Positions 1 to 13,910 of a stretch of 62,095 nt of DNA are shown in pieces (the stretch's first letter is position 1; every line of letters starts with the position of its first letter). A program made the position numbers and the translations under genes. The stretch covers positions 3,410,001 through 3,472,095 of the forward strand of contig CM059450.1 of NCBI GenBank assembly GCA_030390025.1. Reading direction: 5' to 3'. Under the pieces are notes generated by a model. That model saw only the letters and a list, made by a program, of their open reading frames with translations, searched no databases and was not told the DNA's origin. This DNA is from Squalus acanthias (lineage: Eukaryota).

Positions 1-912
1 AGTACGCCGGTGGTGGAGGGAGTGAATGTTTAACTGTGACTGAGCAAAGCAAAGCAAATGTTATTTTTATTGTATGGGGTTCTAGGTTTTTTTTTACTGC
101 TGTTTGGGGAATCTCATTGCTCAGTTGTAGTGGCCTCGATCTTGATATCACCGTGTCTGCTTCCTGTTGCTGAACAGTTTAAGGGCGATGCTCTGGGCTT
201 CACCCCACCCCTATCCAAATGACAACGCAGCTGAATGTCTCACTGTGCGGGGATTTGCTGATAAGTTGCACGATGACAGCAATGCTGCTCATCGGAGCTT
301 CAGTATGCTATCCCACCGGGCCGTTCTCGCACACCAGCACTCTTCTCTAATGCTGAAACTGGGTCCAAAACATGACAAACCAGCTCTGTGTACTATTGTA
401 GGAAATTGCGGCGGCGTTCAATAATGCCACTTTGGTGAACGATCAGCTTTCACTTGGCTGGACTCTCCCTGCTTCCTCCTCCTAACAGGCCATTCAGCCC
501 ATCAAGTCTGTACCTTTGCATTTTTCTGTGAGCTACCAGCCTAATCCTGTTCCTGCCTACTCCCCAACATTCTTTTTCAAATAACTGACTTCCTTTTTAA
601 AAAAATGTTAAGGACCCTGCTTCAACCGTTTGTGGCGAAGGAGTCCACATTATAAATTCCTCTAATTCTTTTTATGACCTTATTTGTGCCCTCTCACTGA
701 CTAATTCAAACAATCAATCGCTGTTTACTTTAATCACAACCTTTCATTTTAGGCTCACTCCATAACCGCCTCACCTTTACTGAAATTTCTCTCTCTTCAT
801 AACTGTAACCCCTCATCCCTGGCAACATCTGAGTGTGTCTACACTCCACCTTTTCCATTCCTTTGTATCCTTCCCATAGTGGTCTGCCCATTAATTTTTG
901 TGAACTCATGAG

Positions 913-1054
913 CAATGTTCCCGCTAATTTTTTTTTGGCGCCATTGCCCAGGCCATTCAAAAGACAGCGCGTGCGTGGTTTTTGTATTTGGGAAAAACCA
1001 ACTGCGAGGGATCCCTGGAGTGCTGTGCGGCCACGTAGCTTACAGGGAACATTG
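913..1054. mobile_element. hAT-type MITE, ~142 bp
   Basis: TIRs CAATGTTCCC...GGGAACATTG with 8-bp target-site duplication CTCATGAG (905-912 and 1055-1062). Confidence 0.85.
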
Positions 1055-1760
1055 CTCATGAGGCACCGGGAGCTCGTCATCTTTGCTAACCCACCTGAAG
1101 AGCAATTCTTGGTGCTTCTTGCTGTACGACCGCGTGCAGTATTAGATGTCCCAGATTTCCATGTTGATCCAGTGTAGTCTCGGTATTTTCAGAACAATTT
1201 CTTTTTTAACAAGTAGAATTTGTTTTTGTTGCCTGCACCAGTTTAGCAGGTGACCTTGACAACAGATGTTCATGTTCTTCACAGGTGTTTAGCTGAGCAA
1301 CTGAACATGGATAGACTCATAGCCAAGATCTACTTGTATAAAAACATTCTAAAAAATTAAAGTTTGCTGAAAGAGGCGCAGGTGCGGGACAGCTCGGTGA
1401 GATAGTTGGGTGTTTATTGGGCTGATAAACCGAGAATCTGTGCACTTGGGCGAGTGAATGGCCCAGCAAAAGCTTTCACGCTGCAAATGTGAAACCAATG
1501 TGCATTTAACCAGGATATTTTAACATCAAGTTCATAATGATCGTGAGGGGCTGGGCTGTGGGAAGGTGACGTTTTGTTTTCTCCCATCCCTGGGGAAAGG
1601 GAAGAGAAGGTAAGGGGAAATTGAATGTAAGGTCCAGATAAAAGGGTCTTTGCTTTCTCCCAGACCGAACTTCAAACACAGTTATGTATATTGCACAGTG
1701 TCTTTCAGAATAACCAGAAACAGTGATACAAATCAAGATCTGCAATATCACTTTGCCTTC

Positions 1761-1763
<3 letters not shown>

Positions 1764-1804
<41 letters not shown>

Positions 1805-1815
1805 TCCACTCTCTC
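1764..1815. repeat. (CT)n microsatellite running into assembly gap
   Basis: Directly visible CT run. Confidence 0.95.
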
Positions 1816-2315
1816 NNNNNNNNNNNNNNNNNNNNNNNNNNNNNNNNNNNNNNNNNNNNNNNNNNNNNNNNNNNNNNNNNNNNNNNNNNNNNNNNNNNNN
1901 NNNNNNNNNNNNNNNNNNNNNNNNNNNNNNNNNNNNNNNNNNNNNNNNNNNNNNNNNNNNNNNNNNNNNNNNNNNNNNNNNNNNNNNNNNNNNNNNNNNN
2001 NNNNNNNNNNNNNNNNNNNNNNNNNNNNNNNNNNNNNNNNNNNNNNNNNNNNNNNNNNNNNNNNNNNNNNNNNNNNNNNNNNNNNNNNNNNNNNNNNNNN
2101 NNNNNNNNNNNNNNNNNNNNNNNNNNNNNNNNNNNNNNNNNNNNNNNNNNNNNNNNNNNNNNNNNNNNNNNNNNNNNNNNNNNNNNNNNNNNNNNNNNNN
2201 NNNNNNNNNNNNNNNNNNNNNNNNNNNNNNNNNNNNNNNNNNNNNNNNNNNNNNNNNNNNNNNNNNNNNNNNNNNNNNNNNNNNNNNNNNNNNNNNNNNN
2301 NNNNNNNNNNNNNNN
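1816..2315. other. Assembly gap, 500 N
   Basis: Exactly 500 Ns, typical of a fixed-size scaffolding gap. Confidence 0.99.
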
Positions 2316-2915
2316 CCCCCCTTCTCAGAACATTCTGAGTTTTGCCAAAAATCAGGGTTCTACAACAGTAAAGTGCCTTTAAATAACTCTCACTGTACCA
2401 ATGCACTAAACAATCCCAGTGACAACATTGGAGCTGACCCTGCCGGTGTCCGATATTCTACATTATCTGTGTATGTTTCATCACCAGCCCCTCAGCGCAA
2501 GTCAACAGAACTCCCCATTCAGTAAAGTTCTGTTTTTAACACAGCTCGCTTAAAATTGGTGATTTGGTCATTGCACGGGTAACGGGGAACTCTGATCCTG
2601 CAGTGGAAACTGGATTGTCATTCCCAGGAATTTCTAACTCTGGTAACTGCTGTCGGGAGGGCGGCACTGTGACAGCCACCATGTGCCACTTTCTGATTTT
2701 ATATTTGTTGTTTGGCACCATTCCCCTTGGACCCGTTGAAGGCTGATGCCGAAACTTCAATGCCACTAACACTACACGCAAAATGGATGGAACCAGCTTC
2801 AAGTCTTCAACAACTGAGCACGGGCCAGCAAATCCAACTCCCACCAGTTAGCGAGTCTTCAAGGCCGCTGGACTCTGGAGATTGCATGTTTACATTTGAA
2901 GGGTCATCGGTGGCG

Positions 2916-3304
2916 GGAGAGCCCTGCGGTGATGCTCAGCTTCCCCTGCCTCCATGGTAAAAGGGGTATTGGAGAGCCCTGCGGTGATGCTCAGCTTCCC
3001 CTGCCTCCATGGTAAAAGGGGTATTGGAGAGCCCTGCGGTGATGCTCAGCTTCCCCTGCCTCCATGGTAAAAGGGGTATTGGAGAGCCCTGCGGTGATGC
3101 TCAGCTTCCCCTGCCTCCATGGTAAAAGGGGTATTGGAGAGCCCTGCGGTGATGCTCAGCTTCCCCTGCCTCCATGGTAAAAGGGGTATTGGAGAGCCCT
3201 GCGGTGATGCTCAGCTTCCCCTGCCTCCATGGTAAAAGGGGTATTGGAGAGCCCTGCGGTGATGCTCAGCTTCCCCTGCCTCCATGGTAAAAGGGGTATT
3301 GGAG
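2916..3304. repeat. 55-bp minisatellite, 7 perfect copies
   Basis: Unit GGAGAGCCCTGCGGTGATGCTCAGCTTCCCCTGCCTCCATGGTAAAAGGGGTATT starts at 2916, 2971, 3026, 3081, 3136, 3191 and 3246. Confidence 0.97.
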
Positions 3305-3414
3305 CTAAATAGGAGTTAATCATTTTGAGGCAGTTGGTATTTGAGCAGGATCCTGCTGATGATTTGGATTCATTACTTTGCACTGACACAGCACTTCCTG
3401 TTCTTGTGTTTCAG

Positions 3415-3436
3415 GTTACAGAACAAAAAACCAAAG
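3415..3436 (+). CDS. TNRC6B: TNRC6B 22-nt coding micro-exon (VTEQKTK)
   Basis: tttcag|GTTACAGAACAAAAAACCAAAG|gtaaga; phase 0 to 1; joins the next exon as KTK-V-PEATKP. Confidence 0.9.
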
Positions 3437-4913
3437 GTAAGAGACTTTTTTATCTTGGGAACAAAGTTCAAAAATGTATTTTTGTGCTATCTACATTTAT
3501 GTGTGTGTGTATATACACACACAAGTACATAAACACAGACACAAAACATGTACTTCCATAAATATATGCACGCAAATTTAAGCGAGAAATTCAAATTCGG
3601 TAACCTAACTAAACTGATGAGCGCTTAATAGTACATAGGAGTAACTGTAATGTTTAACCCCCTCAGGGTATTATTGGGACTGCCCTCTCTTGTGCTGGTT
3701 TCCAAACTGTTTTCTGACAGAATTGTAATAGAATGATTGCAAGACTATTATTCTAAACTCAATGTTTGCACTAAACTTCAGGTGTCATTTTTGTGTTTTG
3801 TTTGTTGTCTGAACTAATGCATTGTAACCACTCTGAAGTTCCATTTATTTTAAGTATTTAAAAAAAAAAATCTGGACTGGGGACTGGAATGAAGGAAGTT
3901 CACTTCAAACGAGGGATTGGTGCCAAATTTCTGGCACCTCGTACCACCATCAGAGGGAGCCATCGCAGCACCCTTCGTATCTGAAACCAGCAGGGAAATG
4001 GTTGACTGCCGAGCTGCAGTCGTAGCACAGTGTAGTGTCATGGGCTGTAGATATAATTTATATATTTTTTTTAAAAACCTCACTCCAGCACCTTTTTACT
4101 AAAGTGAGAACCTGCAAACAAGTTTTTTGGCTTTGGTACAGTGAAGGTTTTAGGGCCCCAAGTGGCGAGTAATATTTGGCAAGAGTGCACTGCTGATGAA
4201 AGACATTGCAAGGTTCTTTGCAAAAGAGGAGATTTATTTTTTTGGTCAAATGTCTCCCCATCTCTCTTAAAGGCACTCTTAATTTGGAATGCTGTCAGGC
4301 TTCCAGTATCTCTCCATGTGACCATTCTTCATGTATGATCTACACAGGCAGTAGCAGCCTGTTGGACTTTGGATATAGGCATCCCTATATCCTGTCCTTT
4401 TTAGATGTGCACATTAGTGCCCTTTCCCGCGGAGGATATTGGATAGTGATCAGGAGCAGGAACCTCTTTTCCATGAGGAACGAAACAATCCTGGCCGTTA
4501 GTTTTATTTCATCCCCCCTTTTGTGCATAGAGTTCATCTTGTGTCTGAGAGTCCTAACATCATGAGCTACTGGGGTCTCCTGGAGCTTGCTTACTTGCCT
4601 TGGGATGTTGGAGAGGAATTTCCTAGACTGCTTACTGAATTGGCCACAGTTTTTCTTCTGTTTTTTGCCCCTCCGGGAGATAGTGATTAGGAGGTCTGTG
4701 AATGGTGTGCCAGGTTGCACTGTTATCTGGATAGGGCCTGATGGGCTTTTCTTGTTCTTTTCATATGTAACCCAGAAATATCTCCTCCGCTGTCTTAAAA
4801 TAGTGCTCTGACCTGCAGTGTTACCAGGTCGTAGCAGATTGGCGTTACGAAAGATGTATATTTTGAATCCTATTTTTAAAAGAAACGTAATTGTCAGGTG
4901 CCTAAGGCAGACT

Positions 4914-5105
4914 ATAAGAGTTAGGGGCAGGAGTCGACCACACAGCCCCTCGAACCTGCTCTGCCATTCAATACGATCGTGGCTGATCTTCGACGTCAAC
5001 TCCACTTTCCCGCCTGATCCCCATATCCCTTGATTCCCTTAGAATTCAAAAATCTATCGATCTCAGCCTTGAATATACTAAACGACTGAGCATCCACAGC
5101 CCTCT
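4914..5105 (-). mobile_element. CR1-type LINE 3' end fragment
   Basis: Reverse complement of the conserved CR1 3' end (GGGAAAGTGGAGTTGA...CAGCCATGATC...GAATGGCAGAGCAGG) that recurs throughout the window. Confidence 0.8.
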
Positions 5106-7049
5106 ATGCACGGCCCATAAGGTTTCAAATAAAAGATCTTTGTTTGAAACACTAGCTATCCTGTGGAACGCCTGTTCTCAGCGGGCCAACATCCTGCATC
5201 AATGAACCAAGCACAGCAGCGCAGTGTTACATTAACACTTTGAGACAGTGCCAAGTGCAGTCCGCCCTCATTAGAACAGACCCGGTCGTTGCAAACCGTT
5301 CCCTTGGTCTTAGCTGAAAATCCGTCATAGTCAGCAGAGCGCAGCTTGGATCTCAAGATGATGAACTACCTGGCCCTTAATAAGTGGGCTTGACTGTAGT
5401 GTGGTTTGCAGTGAGATTTGTATGCAGCCCTCAATACCGCAGTGACCTATCCCGTATAAGTAAATGTAATATGTCGTCTAGATGTAAGTGGAAAAACTGC
5501 GGATGCTGGAAATCTGAAATAAAACCAGAAATGCACAGTAGATCTGTCGGCATCTGAAAGACCAGCACCGGCCGGCGGGGGACCTTTTGCTGGCGTTGAT
5601 TCTGTGGGACTCTGCATCACCTTGACCTGCGAGTTCTCTCTCGGCTGCTGGCGGACCTGTGGCGCACTGCTGTTCTTCTCTGTGGTTCCGACTACTATGC
5701 AGAAATGTACCCGTTCAGTGCACGCCCCCCCTTAAAGCGGGATTCTCTAAACCTTTTCTCCTTGTGGTCCTGTAAGTTACAAAACATGAAGCCCACGGGC
5801 TTTATAAACAGCTGTATATAGGGAATCTGCTTGGGGTAGTCGGGGGCTTCTTGCTCTTTTCCCATTGCCCCCTCCACTTCTCTAGTTCAAGCTGGGGCAT
5901 TTCTCCCTCTCTTTCCCCCCCCCCCCTTCTCTTCGACACTCTCTCTCCCAGTTTCTTGCTAGCACTTTTCTCCTTCCCTCCCCATCCCATTTCATGCTGG
6001 CTTTTTTTTTCTCCTTTTACAACCCCAACCCATTTCGTGCTAGCCCACCTCCATCTGATTTGGGACTGGCTAAATGCGCACATCCGCCGGGAAACGTGGG
6101 GCTTGAAAGCAAGTGTTTCTGCAGCAAGGGAGAGGCAGGGGCATTGGACAAAGAGTAATCTCTGTGCTGCTGTTGCATAACTCCTCGAGGTTGGTTCAGA
6201 GTGGCATTAATTAAAGGCTTAGGAGCAGATCGCTCAGTCACCACTGGTAATGAGGGAGAAAATTGTGGGAGCTTACAGAGATTAAAAGAAAAACAGCAAT
6301 TGCTGGAAATTTGAGATAGAAACAAAAACTACTGGAAATCATGTCAGTCAGCAACTGAAATAGAAGGGGGAGAGGCTCCTTCCCATTGAGGTGCAGACTG
6401 ATCGGTGTTTCTCCAGCATCTTCTGTTTTCTGTCCATTCAGCTCCTTTGCACAGTCAGGCTCGGTAACTCTCTGAGTTAGTGCTCTGGTGATATCAGCAT
6501 TCCAGATTTAAACCCATATTCTGAAATCCCAGAAAAAAAACCAATCAATCATAAAGTGGTTTGCTCTAAGTGAGTGCTATTGATAACCAGGCTTGTACTT
6601 TTAGGCCCAGATTGATGATCCCATTTTTCACTTTTTCTGGCTGCTAACCCATAAATTGTTCGCCCAAATGGCTCACTTTAACATCTGATTAGTCAGTGTT
6701 TACCAGAATGAAACCACTGGAATGGTTCGCTTCTTAGCTCTTTAAACTGTCACATTATTGTAAGTATTTCACAACCCTTTCTCTAACTGAATTCGACTTA
6801 TATTAAAACATGCTCTCCGTATGTCAGGTGCATACTGAGTAACTGCTCAAAGTGGTAAAAGCATCAAAGCAACCTTGCAGACGCGTTCCACTGGCTTGCC
6901 TGCCCTAAGATTTAGTGTCTTGGTTACACCAATAGCTGCTTGGTAAAGTTCCAGTTAACCTGCCTGCACAGCTTTGAGAATTGTACCTATCTTAGATGGC
7001 AATCCTACAAAGTTAGCTGAGAAGTTAGCTTGGAAGTGTAGTGCGTCCC

Positions 7050-7565
7050 ACAGCGCTCAACAACCAATGAGCTACTTTTGAAGTGTGCCGACTGTTGCAA
7101 ACACAGCAGCAAATTTGCATACAGCAGCAAATTTGCATACAGCAAAGGCCCACAAACTACAGTGAGATAAATGACCAGTTTATCTGATTTGATGGTGTTG
7201 GCTGAGAGATAAATGTTGAAGGAAAGAGAAAATTTGCATTCATATAGTGCCTTTTAAAGACCGCAAGATGTTTCAAAGAGCTTTCCGGCCAATGATGTAC
7301 TTTTGAAGTGTAAATCACTATTGTAACATTGGCCAAGACACTGAGAAACTCCCTGCTCTTCTGTCAATCGTGCCATGGGATCTTTCACGTCCACCTGAAC
7401 AGGCAGACGGGATCTCGGTTTAAAGTCACATCCGAAAGACAGTGCAGCACTCCCTCAGTACTGTGTTGCAGTGTTAGTCTAGATTATGTGCTCAAGTCCT
7501 GGAGTGGGGCTTGAACCCACAACCTTCTGATTTGGAAGTGAGTGTTACCGACTGAGCCAAACAGT
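7050..7565 (-). mobile_element. tRNA-derived DeuSINE (SacSINE1-like) fragments
   Basis: Reverse complement of the SINE at 57541: head ...GGCTCAGTCGGTAAC...GGGTTCAAGCCCCACTCC, Deu-domain and L2-like tail pieces. Confidence 0.75.
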
Positions 7566-7847
7566 CACTTAAGATGGTTTTCTTTAAGTCAGTGGACCCA
7601 GCAGCGCTAACTCTTGTCTGTATTGGTGCCAGGCGCTCCTTTGTCAATTGCATTCATAATGTTGAAAACTTCAATTAGATAAGCCAGCTGCATGATTTCG
7701 TAATTCTTCATACCTGATAAAACATGAAAGGTTATTCTTTCTCCTTTTCCTCTAACCTTGTAGAAATTAAATAAATGTCCTTTCTATATTTGTACGAATC
7801 GGAGTTTCTCTCCCAATAACGAATTGTTGTAAATATTTTTTCCCTAG

Positions 7848-8186
7848 TGCCCGAAGCGACGAAGCCAAGCCTAAGCCAGCCTCCAACTGCCACCCCAGTT
7901 GGCAGCGTTCCAACACCAGCCGGCAACGGTGGTAACAATGCCAAAAGGGCGGTGGCCACCAACGGCCAGCCACAGAGCGCCGCCCGCTATCTGCCCCGTG
8001 AGGTGCCTCCTCGATTTCGCCAGCACGAGCACAAAGTGTTACTAAAACGTGGTCAGCCCCCTCCGCCTTCCTGTGGGCTTCTTGGAGGTGGGGCGGGGCC
8101 TCCTGGGTTGCCGGGATCAAACCCTGGCACTGCACAACCATTGACACAACCCAACGGTCCGCTGCAGCACGGCAGCACACCAGTGG
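7848..8186 (+). CDS. TNRC6B: TNRC6B coding exon ([11 protein letters not shown]...[27 protein letters not shown]...)
   Basis: ccctag acceptor, G|gtaagt donor, 339 nt, phase 1-1; conserved GW182 N-terminal motif. Confidence 0.96.
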
Positions 8187-9416
8187 GTAAGTAGGTCGTG
8201 TTCCTTTTCAACCTTCCCTTCAATGGTTCTATGGGGAAATTTAAAACCAATGGCTGCTCTCGTAGAATAGATGAGTATTGGGTTTCTTTTCAGCGTTGTT
8301 CCTTAACCGGTTCTCCACTTGCAAAACCACCACAGGGGCCAGCACTTGCTGTGGTGCTGTAAGACCCTGTATGAAGCCTCCTTGTTCAATTCCAGCAAAC
8401 GCCCATGAGGAGACTGCTGGTATTACTTTCCTGAGGTGTGGTCATGCGATGAGGGAGGGAGAAGAAGTGCAGTACATGTGTATTGTGCACGTGGTTGGTA
8501 TGCAAGCTCGGCTTCCCCACCGATGGGATTTGTGATCTCTGCATCAATGTGTGGAGATCAGGAACTTCGCCTCTGGCATGGGGGACAAAATCTGGGCATG
8601 GGGAGAAATTCTTCCTGCAGACCTGACGCTATCTGTCCACAGGAGGAACACTTCCAAAGCCCAGGCCATGCTCGCTCATCTCATGGCAACGGTTGTTGAA
8701 AACTATGTGCAGTCTGTTCTTGCAAGCTTTCTTCTCTCCTGAAGGTGGGGTGGCTCTCGCTGATGTACAATTCCACGGGCACTAGCTGCCCTTCAGTACC
8801 TCACCCAAAATCTTTTTATAATCCTTTTTATGAACATTGTTGTTGGGCTATTTGACCTAGAGGCCATCGCAAGCGAGCCCGATCCTATCCTCCGCCAACA
8901 CTCGCTCTCCAGCAAAGGCCACCGAATAGTAATCGGGAACCTTAAACTGGATAGCAGTCAAGAATGGAAAGCTTGCAGTGTTTTCCTTCTATGGGCACTA
9001 AGGCTAATTGTCGCACCCTTCCCTCGCCCCAACTGCTGCCCCGGCTGAGGGCAGCCAACCCTGCACAGACCAAAGATCCAACTTGGGACCATGTGGTCTG
9101 CATAGCTCAGTGCGGAACCAGACGCTGTCCTTACCCACTTCGCCCATTAAGTGTTCTTTTGAAAGGCTAAAAGGTGGAATCTTATTTGGTACTTGATGTT
9201 GAAGTCTTTGTGCGTCTGTAGTCAATTGCTTATTTTACTTTTATTCCCTCCTTTTTTTAATTGCTGCTAAAGATAAACCATCAGATATTCTAGTGTCAAC
9301 ATGAGAAAATTGATTTTTGAAAATCCTACCCACTATAAATTATTTTGATTTTCTTTTTTACTCAAGGCAATATTTAATAACACGGTGATGATTATTCATA
9401 TTTTGCTTTTTTGTAG

Positions 9417-11843
9417 ACGCAAACCCTGGAGGTGCTGGTTCAAATTATGCAAATTCTGCTTGGGGTTCTGGATCATCCAGCACTGACCTCAACCACGGCT
9501 GGGATAAGTTAATCGTAGACGGGTCTGATATGGAGGCTTGGCCTTGCATCACAGGCAGAGACTCTGAGTCGGCTTCGGAACACGTAGACAACGAAGGTGC
9601 CTCAACCCTTGGCTCCGAGAAGAGCCTGCCACCCGGAAGTGGCGCTGCCAGGAGCTGCAAAGGAACTGCAAACCAGTTCGCTGCTGGGAGCGGAAAGAAT
9701 GAATGTAAATTGGGGGCCTGGAACATGGGCCTCGTGCCTAAACCCAGTCACGCATCTTCCATCTCTTCGGAGAGCAAAGACGGACTTAACAATTGGAAAA
9801 ACTTGAGCAGCCCCGATGGAGCTGGCCTTGGGTTGACCTTGAACCCAAATATCAACCCATCGGCCTGGCCAGTGTTGGGCCAGGAGGGCACTTCTGGAAA
9901 AGGGACTTTGGAGACGGACATTTCGAGCTCCAGTGCACAACTTAGTGCAGTAGGTCAAAGCCCTAGGGATCAGGACGGTACTTCTGCAAGCGCCTGGGCA
10001 AAACAGTCAAAAACGGAAAATGCGGGTGTTACATGGAATGCTTCTGTTGGAGAACAGCCTCAAGCTCTTAACACTGATGGACCAAATAATGGTGACACTA
10101 ACTCTTTGAATGCAAGCTCACAGAGCACCGGGAACCCTTTGCAAAATAAGGGAGTGTCTGATACGACAGGGAATGGGACCTGGAACATGCCCTTAGGAAT
10201 GGGTTTGGGAAACCCCTTGGTATTGAATCAATCTGTGAGCACTGAAGCCTCATCCGAAGGCAGTATTAGAGGAACTATGGAAGGACGGGGAGCTGGGGGA
10301 ACTTGGAATACAGTTTGGGGGTCTTCGGGAACTGACTCGATTTCTGGACAGAATGGTACAGGAGCTGATGGCAATAATGGACGCAATGGTGACGATGCAG
10401 CAAAAACTGGCTCTGGTATGAAACAGTTACTGGTGAATAGATCAAGAACTGAATCGTGGGACAATAATGGCGGATCATGGGACTCTGAGGCACAAGACCC
10501 CAATAAGGCAAAAAACTGGGGGAAAGGGAACAGAGCAGCATCTGGTGGTGCTCAGGGTTTGTGGGGTCAACAGCCAGGGACTGATAATCGCTCAGAAGGG
10601 GAGTGGGGTGGCCCTCCTAATGAACAGAATTGTGGCACAGGCGGATGGGACAATCACAGGGTAAACCCCCTCCCAGAAAACCAAGGAGAGAACTCCCAAA
10701 ATTCCAACTGGGTAAAGGCCTCTAGTTCCACTGGGAGTGACTCGGGTAGTCGAAGCAACAACAAAAAGGGAGGCTCTGAAAACCACCCAGGAGGACGGCG
10801 CTTAAACAAGACTGAGCCTCCTGACCAAGATGAGGTATTGCAAACTGTAATAAACAGGGCTGATCTGGACCCGAGAGTGTTGTCGAACACTGGGTGGGGC
10901 CAAACTCAGATAAAACAGAACACAATGTGGGATGTTCAGGAGTCACCCAGGAATGAGAGGCGCACTGACAAAGGAACAGAAGGGTGGGAGAGCACCGCCG
11001 CTCAGAGCACTAACTCAGGGGGCTGGGGCGAAGGGCCCAGTCAAAGCAGTCACTGCACCTCTGGGTGGGGAGATGCTCCGCAGTCTTCAAACATGGAGTG
11101 GAAGGATTCTAAGAATCCCAGTGGCTGGGTGGACCCAAAGAACAGTCAAGGTTGGGGAGGTGGAACACCAGAAGAGAAGACACCATCATGGAATGATGGG
11201 CCTAGAATCAAGGAACCGGGTTGGGCTGCAAGACAGCAACCAACTCAAGGTTGGTCTGCCAATAATGGTTGGGGCGATGGAGGTGGGCAACCAGCTGAAC
11301 AACCAAAAGCAGGTGGCTGGGACAGTTCGAACTCGAGGTGGGGTGAGAGTGGTCGTGGTGATGTAGGATCATGGGGAGGTGGCAGTAATTCTAATTCCAA
11401 TCAGAGAGGTGGGTGGGACGACCCCACAAGACACCAGGGATGGGGTGAGTCGTCCAAAACAGCCGCTCCGAATTGGAACAAGCAGCAAGATGTGTCTGGC
11501 TCTTGGGGCACTCCGTCTGCTGGTAGCCGGCAGTCAGGATCTGGTTGGGGCTCGGCGCCTGTGCCGCCTATGCCACCTGCAACTGTGCCACCTGCACCCA
11601 TCCCAACTGTGCCAAAGGAGGAAGAACCTACTGGATGGGAAGAGCCTTCACCGCAGTCCATCTCCCGAAAGATGGAGATTGATGATGGCACCTCAGCCTG
11701 GGGAGATCCCAACAGCTACAACTACAAGAATGTGAATCTGTGGGACAAGAACTCCCAAAACGAGAGCTCTGGAAGTGGGCCGACGCCACGGGAGCAGAAT
11801 GCATCCAATGCGGTTACAGGACGAGGTTCCACATCAAGTTCTG
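9417..11843 (+). CDS. TNRC6B: TNRC6B large GW-rich exon (Argonaute-binding domain)
   Basis: ttgtag acceptor, G|gtaagt donor, 2427 nt. Contains WDKLIVDGSDMEAWPCI, NPNINPSAWP, DLDPRVLSNTGWGQTQIKQNTMWD and EEPTGWEEPSPQSISRKMEIDDGTSAWGDP. Confidence 0.98.
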
Positions 11844-11887
11844 GTAAGTCACCCAGTTATTTGTACGTTCTTCTACTTCTATAAGTA

Positions 11888-12232
11888 CAGGAAACTCTTA
11901 AACCGGCAACATGCCGGTGCCGGTTAATTATCAAAAAGTCCGGATAACGGAGTGTTATATCTACCAAGGTACAGGGAGCCCCGTACATGGCCACAGATCC
12001 AGGAGTCCCTGGTGCATGGCCACAGGTGCAAGAACCCCGGTCACATTAAAGAATTTCTGCATCTCCCTTCTTGTGACAGATCTTACAGCGAGCATTCAGC
12101 AAAGACTTGCCCCATATAATGCTACGATCCAGTGTAGAGAGAGGAAGGAAAACCCCGGTTACCTACTCAAGAATTTTGCCGGTTAAGAGAGATTTCCGGA
12201 TATTTGGGTGCCGGTTAATAAAGAGTTTCCTG
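11888..12232. mobile_element. Tc1/mariner-pogo (Tigger-like) MITE, 345 bp
   Basis: TA|CAGGAAACTCTT...AAGAGTTTCCTG|TA: 12-bp TIRs with TA target duplication. Confidence 0.85.
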
Positions 12233-12740
12233 TATGTACAAGCAAACAAATTGTGTTGATCAGTTCAGGGGAGCTTCAATTTATGGAAATATAGAGGTAT
12301 CTTATCTTATTGGTTCTTGTATTATTCCAACCAAATTCAACTGCCAGCTCCACTGATATTGCAGTGGATAAATGCATCGTCAGGTGTAGCACTAAGTTAT
12401 ACAGTCCAGAAAGTTCCACGTTTAATTCCCAGTCTGTGCGGCGTTAACTGATCTCAGCCAGGTTGGCATTTAAGATGTGATCGTTTGACTAGGAAGGGGT
12501 GACTTGGTCAGGGTTCCCAGGTCTGATCCTTATCCAGTGACCTTTTCTGGTAAGACATCAGGCGAGAGCAGGATTGGGGTGGCCTGGTAATTATGCTCTT
12601 TGTGACCGATTAGTCTGCCAGTGCTTGCTATCTAGGCTCACGCATGTAGAGTGACCACTTGGACAATGTATCGGGGAGCTGCCAGCAACTAGAGGTCTAT
12701 ATTCCAGTCCAGCGAGGGCAACAAACATAACCACACTGTT

Positions 12741-13455
12741 CACAACCTTGGTGTCATATTTGACCCTGAAATGAGCTTCTGACCACACATCCGCGGCATA
12801 ACTAAGACTGCCTATTTCCACCTCTAACATCGCCTGTTTCTGCCCTTGCCTTAGCTCATCTGCTGCTGAAACCCTCATCCATGCCTTTGTTACCTCTAGA
12901 CTTGACTATTCCAACGCACTCCTGGCCGGCCTCCCACATTCTACCCTACAAAACCTAAGGTCATCCAAAACTCGGCTGCCTGTGTCCTAACTCGCACTAA
13001 ATCCCATCACCTCTGTGCTCGCTGACCTACATTTGCTCCCGGTTAAGCAACGCCTCGACTTCAAAATTCTCATCCTTGTTTTCAAATCCCTCCATGGCCT
13101 CGCCCCCTCCCTATCTCTGTAATCTCCTCCAGCCCCACAACCCCCCGAGATATCTGCGCTCCTCTAATTCTGCCCTCTTGAGCATCCCTGATTATAATCG
13201 CTCAACCATTGGTGGCCGTGCCTTCTGTTGCCTGGGCCCTAAACTCTGGAATTCCCTGCCTAAACCTCTCCGCCTCGCTACCTCTCTTTCCTCCTTTAAG
13301 ATGCTCCTTAAAACCTACCTCTTTGACTAAGCTTTTGGTCACCTGCCCTAATTTCTCTCTGTGGCTCGGTGTCAAATTTTGTTTGATAATCGCTCCTGTG
13401 AAGCGCCTTGGATGTTTTACTACGCTAAAGGTGCTATATAAATACAAGTTGTTGT
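12741..13455 (+). mobile_element. L2-type LINE 3' fragment
   Basis: Degenerate ORF2 C-terminus (LIHAFVTSRLDYSNALL; RSTIGGRAFCCLGPKLWNSLP) and L2-like tail GTGAAGCGCCTTGG...AAAGGTGCTATATAAATACAAGTTGTTG. Confidence 0.85.
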
Positions 13456-13639
13456 GTATATGAATGCCAGGGTACGTGAAGAGGCCCTGACAGCAGTGGG
13501 AGCGATACATTCACAACTGAATCCCACAGATCTGCGTTATCAATGTGTACAGTTGTCTTTATGGTACATAAACTATAACCCATCAGAGGCGTTGCTGCGC
13601 ACACTGTGTATAGTTTCACAAGCTCACGTGATGGGTTTG

Positions 13640-13910
13640 GATGAAGATAGCCCTTTAGGACTGAGATGAGGAGAAATGTCTTCACTCAGAGGGTTGTGAA
13701 TCTTTGGAATTCTCTACCCCAGAGGGGTGTGGATGCTCAGTTGTTGAGTATATTCAAGGCTGAGATCGATAGATTTTTGGACTCTAGGGGAATCAAGGGA
13801 TATGGGGATCGGGCAGGAAAGTGGAGTTGAGGTCGAAGATCAGCCATGATCTTCTTGAATGGCGGAGCAGGCTCGAGGGGCCGAATGGCCGACTCCTGCT
13901 CCTTATGTTC
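13640..13910 (+). mobile_element. CR1-type LINE 3' end
   Basis: EMRRNVFTQRVVNLWNSLP-coding remnant plus CR1 3' UTR. Confidence 0.85.

Noticed and set aside
1650-2525. Long ORFs spanning 1650-2525
   Set aside because: Artefacts of the 500-N gap and the CT microsatellite.
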